This document shows, one piece after another, positions 63,185-64,000 of a DNA stretch of 64,000 nucleotides; position 1 is the stretch's first letter; each line of letters begins with the position of its first letter. A model generated the notes under the pieces. The model did not search any database. It was not told the origin of the DNA and was given only the letters and a program-made list of their open reading frames with translations. A program made the translations under genes and the position numbers. This DNA comes from Patescibacteria group bacterium (GTDB lineage: Bacteria > Patescibacteriota > Microgenomatia > Levybacterales > UBA12049): the NCBI GenBank assembly GCA_038064195.1, contig JBBTTO010000002.1, forward strand, positions 466,387 through 530,386. The letters are read 5' to 3'.

Positions 63185-64000
63185 CTATCACATACCCGTT
63201 CTTTTACAAGAAGTACTTCAATATTTGGAGATTAAGCCTGGAGGTTCATATATTGACGCGACGTTAGGTGGCGGAGGCCATACCCTTGAGATCATAAAGA
63301 ATGGCGGAAGAGTCCTGGGAATTGACACCGATGATGACGCTATTAACTACGTAACTTCCAACCTCAAAGATCTAGGATCTAAGGTCCAAGATCTGGTTTT
63401 GGCAAAAGGTAATTTTACAGATATAGTATCCATTGCCAAAGAAAATGGTTTTGATCAGGTAGACGGGATCATGATGGATCTTGGTGTCTCGAGTCATCAA
63501 TTTGACACACCTGAGCGGGGGTTTAGTTTTCAGCCGGGACCGCTTGATATGCGCATGAGTCAGACAATATCGGTGACAGCAGCAGATTTGATTAACGGAT
63601 TAACTGAGAAAGAGTTAGTTGAGTTGTTTACCAGACTTGGTGAAGAGCCCTTTGCCAAAAAAATTGCCCGTCTGATTGTTGAGACCCGCAAGCATGAACC
63701 GATACGAACGACTGATCAACTTGCAGGCATGATTAAAGCATTACTTCACGGCACGGATGGAATCCATCCGGCAACACGTGTCTTTCAAGCACTGCGTATA
63801 GCAGTTAATGACGAATTAAATGTCTTGCGGGATAGTTTGCCGCAAGCAGTTGGACTGCTTAAACCCGGGGGGAGATTGCTGATCATCTCATTTCACTCAC
63901 TTGAGGACAGGATCGTTAAGCAAGCATTTACACAATTTGAAAATCAGGGTTTGGGAAAAATTCTCACCCAAAAACCGGTTACAGCCAGTGATACGGAAGT
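63177..64000 (+). CDS. rsmH: 16S rRNA m4C1402 methyltransferase, 3'-truncated by window edge
   Basis: Read directly (absent from the ORF track): MNNYHIPVLLQEV, YIDATLGGGGHT, DLGVSSHQFD..ERGFSF, PLDMRM, HPATRVFQALRIAVN, ISFHSLEDRIVK. Confidence 0.93.
   Translation, partial: MNNYHIPVLLQEVLQYLEIKPGGSYIDATLGGGGHTLEIIKNGGRVLGIDTDDDAINYVTSNLKDLGSKVQDLVLAKGNFTDIVSIAKENGFDQVDGIMMDLGVSSHQFDTPERGFSFQPGPLDMRMSQTISVTAADLINGLTEKELVELFTRLGEEPFAKKIARLIVETRKHEPIRTTDQLAGMIKALLHGTDGIHPATRVFQALRIAVNDELNVLRDSLPQAVGLLKPGGRLLIISFHSLEDRIVKQAFTQFENQGLGKILTQKPVTASDTE
63352..63393 (+). repeat. Degenerate 7-nt tandem repeat (6 units) in frame within rsmH
   Basis: taacttc caacctc aaagatc taggatc taaggtc caagatc, encoding TSNLKDLGSKVQD. 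Confidence 0.65.

Noticed and set aside
1-64000. CRISPR array, tRNA, rRNA, transposase, integrase or prophage genes
   Set aside because: No repeat-spacer periodicity, cloverleaf or such ORF was seen; the largest intergenic gap is only about 230 bp
1-64000. Alternative genetic code (TGA as Gly, as in Gracilibacteria and Absconditabacteria)
   Set aside because: Long intact ORFs under code 11, and TGA repeatedly ends genes at natural C-termini in ATGA overlaps

Overview
Gene-dense bacterial window in genetic code 11 (TGA acts as stop in many ATGA overlaps). Gene content and style (alpha2-type glyQS, DUF5652, DUF4012, many GT-C paralogs, promoters without Shine-Dalgarno sites) suggest Patescibacteria/CPR, probably Microgenomates; this assignment is inference. 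Bases 1-58.7 kb are one very large surface-glycosylation locus. It holds 11 GT2 genes (3 of them polyprenyl-P-sugar synthase-like), 10 GT4 genes (one a stand-alone N-terminal half) and 13 genes for polytopic GT-C-type enzymes, including an O-antigen-ligase/GT-C fusion. It also has a Wzx flippase, an initiating phosphoglycosyl transferase, GalE, a UDP-GlcA 4-epimerase, ManC, a ColD-like dehydratase, an AsnB-type amidotransferase, two methyltransferases, an acetyltransferase and a DUF4012 protein. The right end is housekeeping: recO, glyQS, a lone divergent purF, mraZ and partial rsmH. Less obvious signals are several small repeats (7-nt tandem units, 15-nt mini-hairpins, a REP-like doublet) lying in frame inside proteins or in promoters, at least five promoters predicting leaderless mRNAs, and a GT-C gene that appears to start at ATA. 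No CRISPR array, tRNA, rRNA, transposase or integrase was seen. All family calls come from reading motifs by eye; no database search was run.
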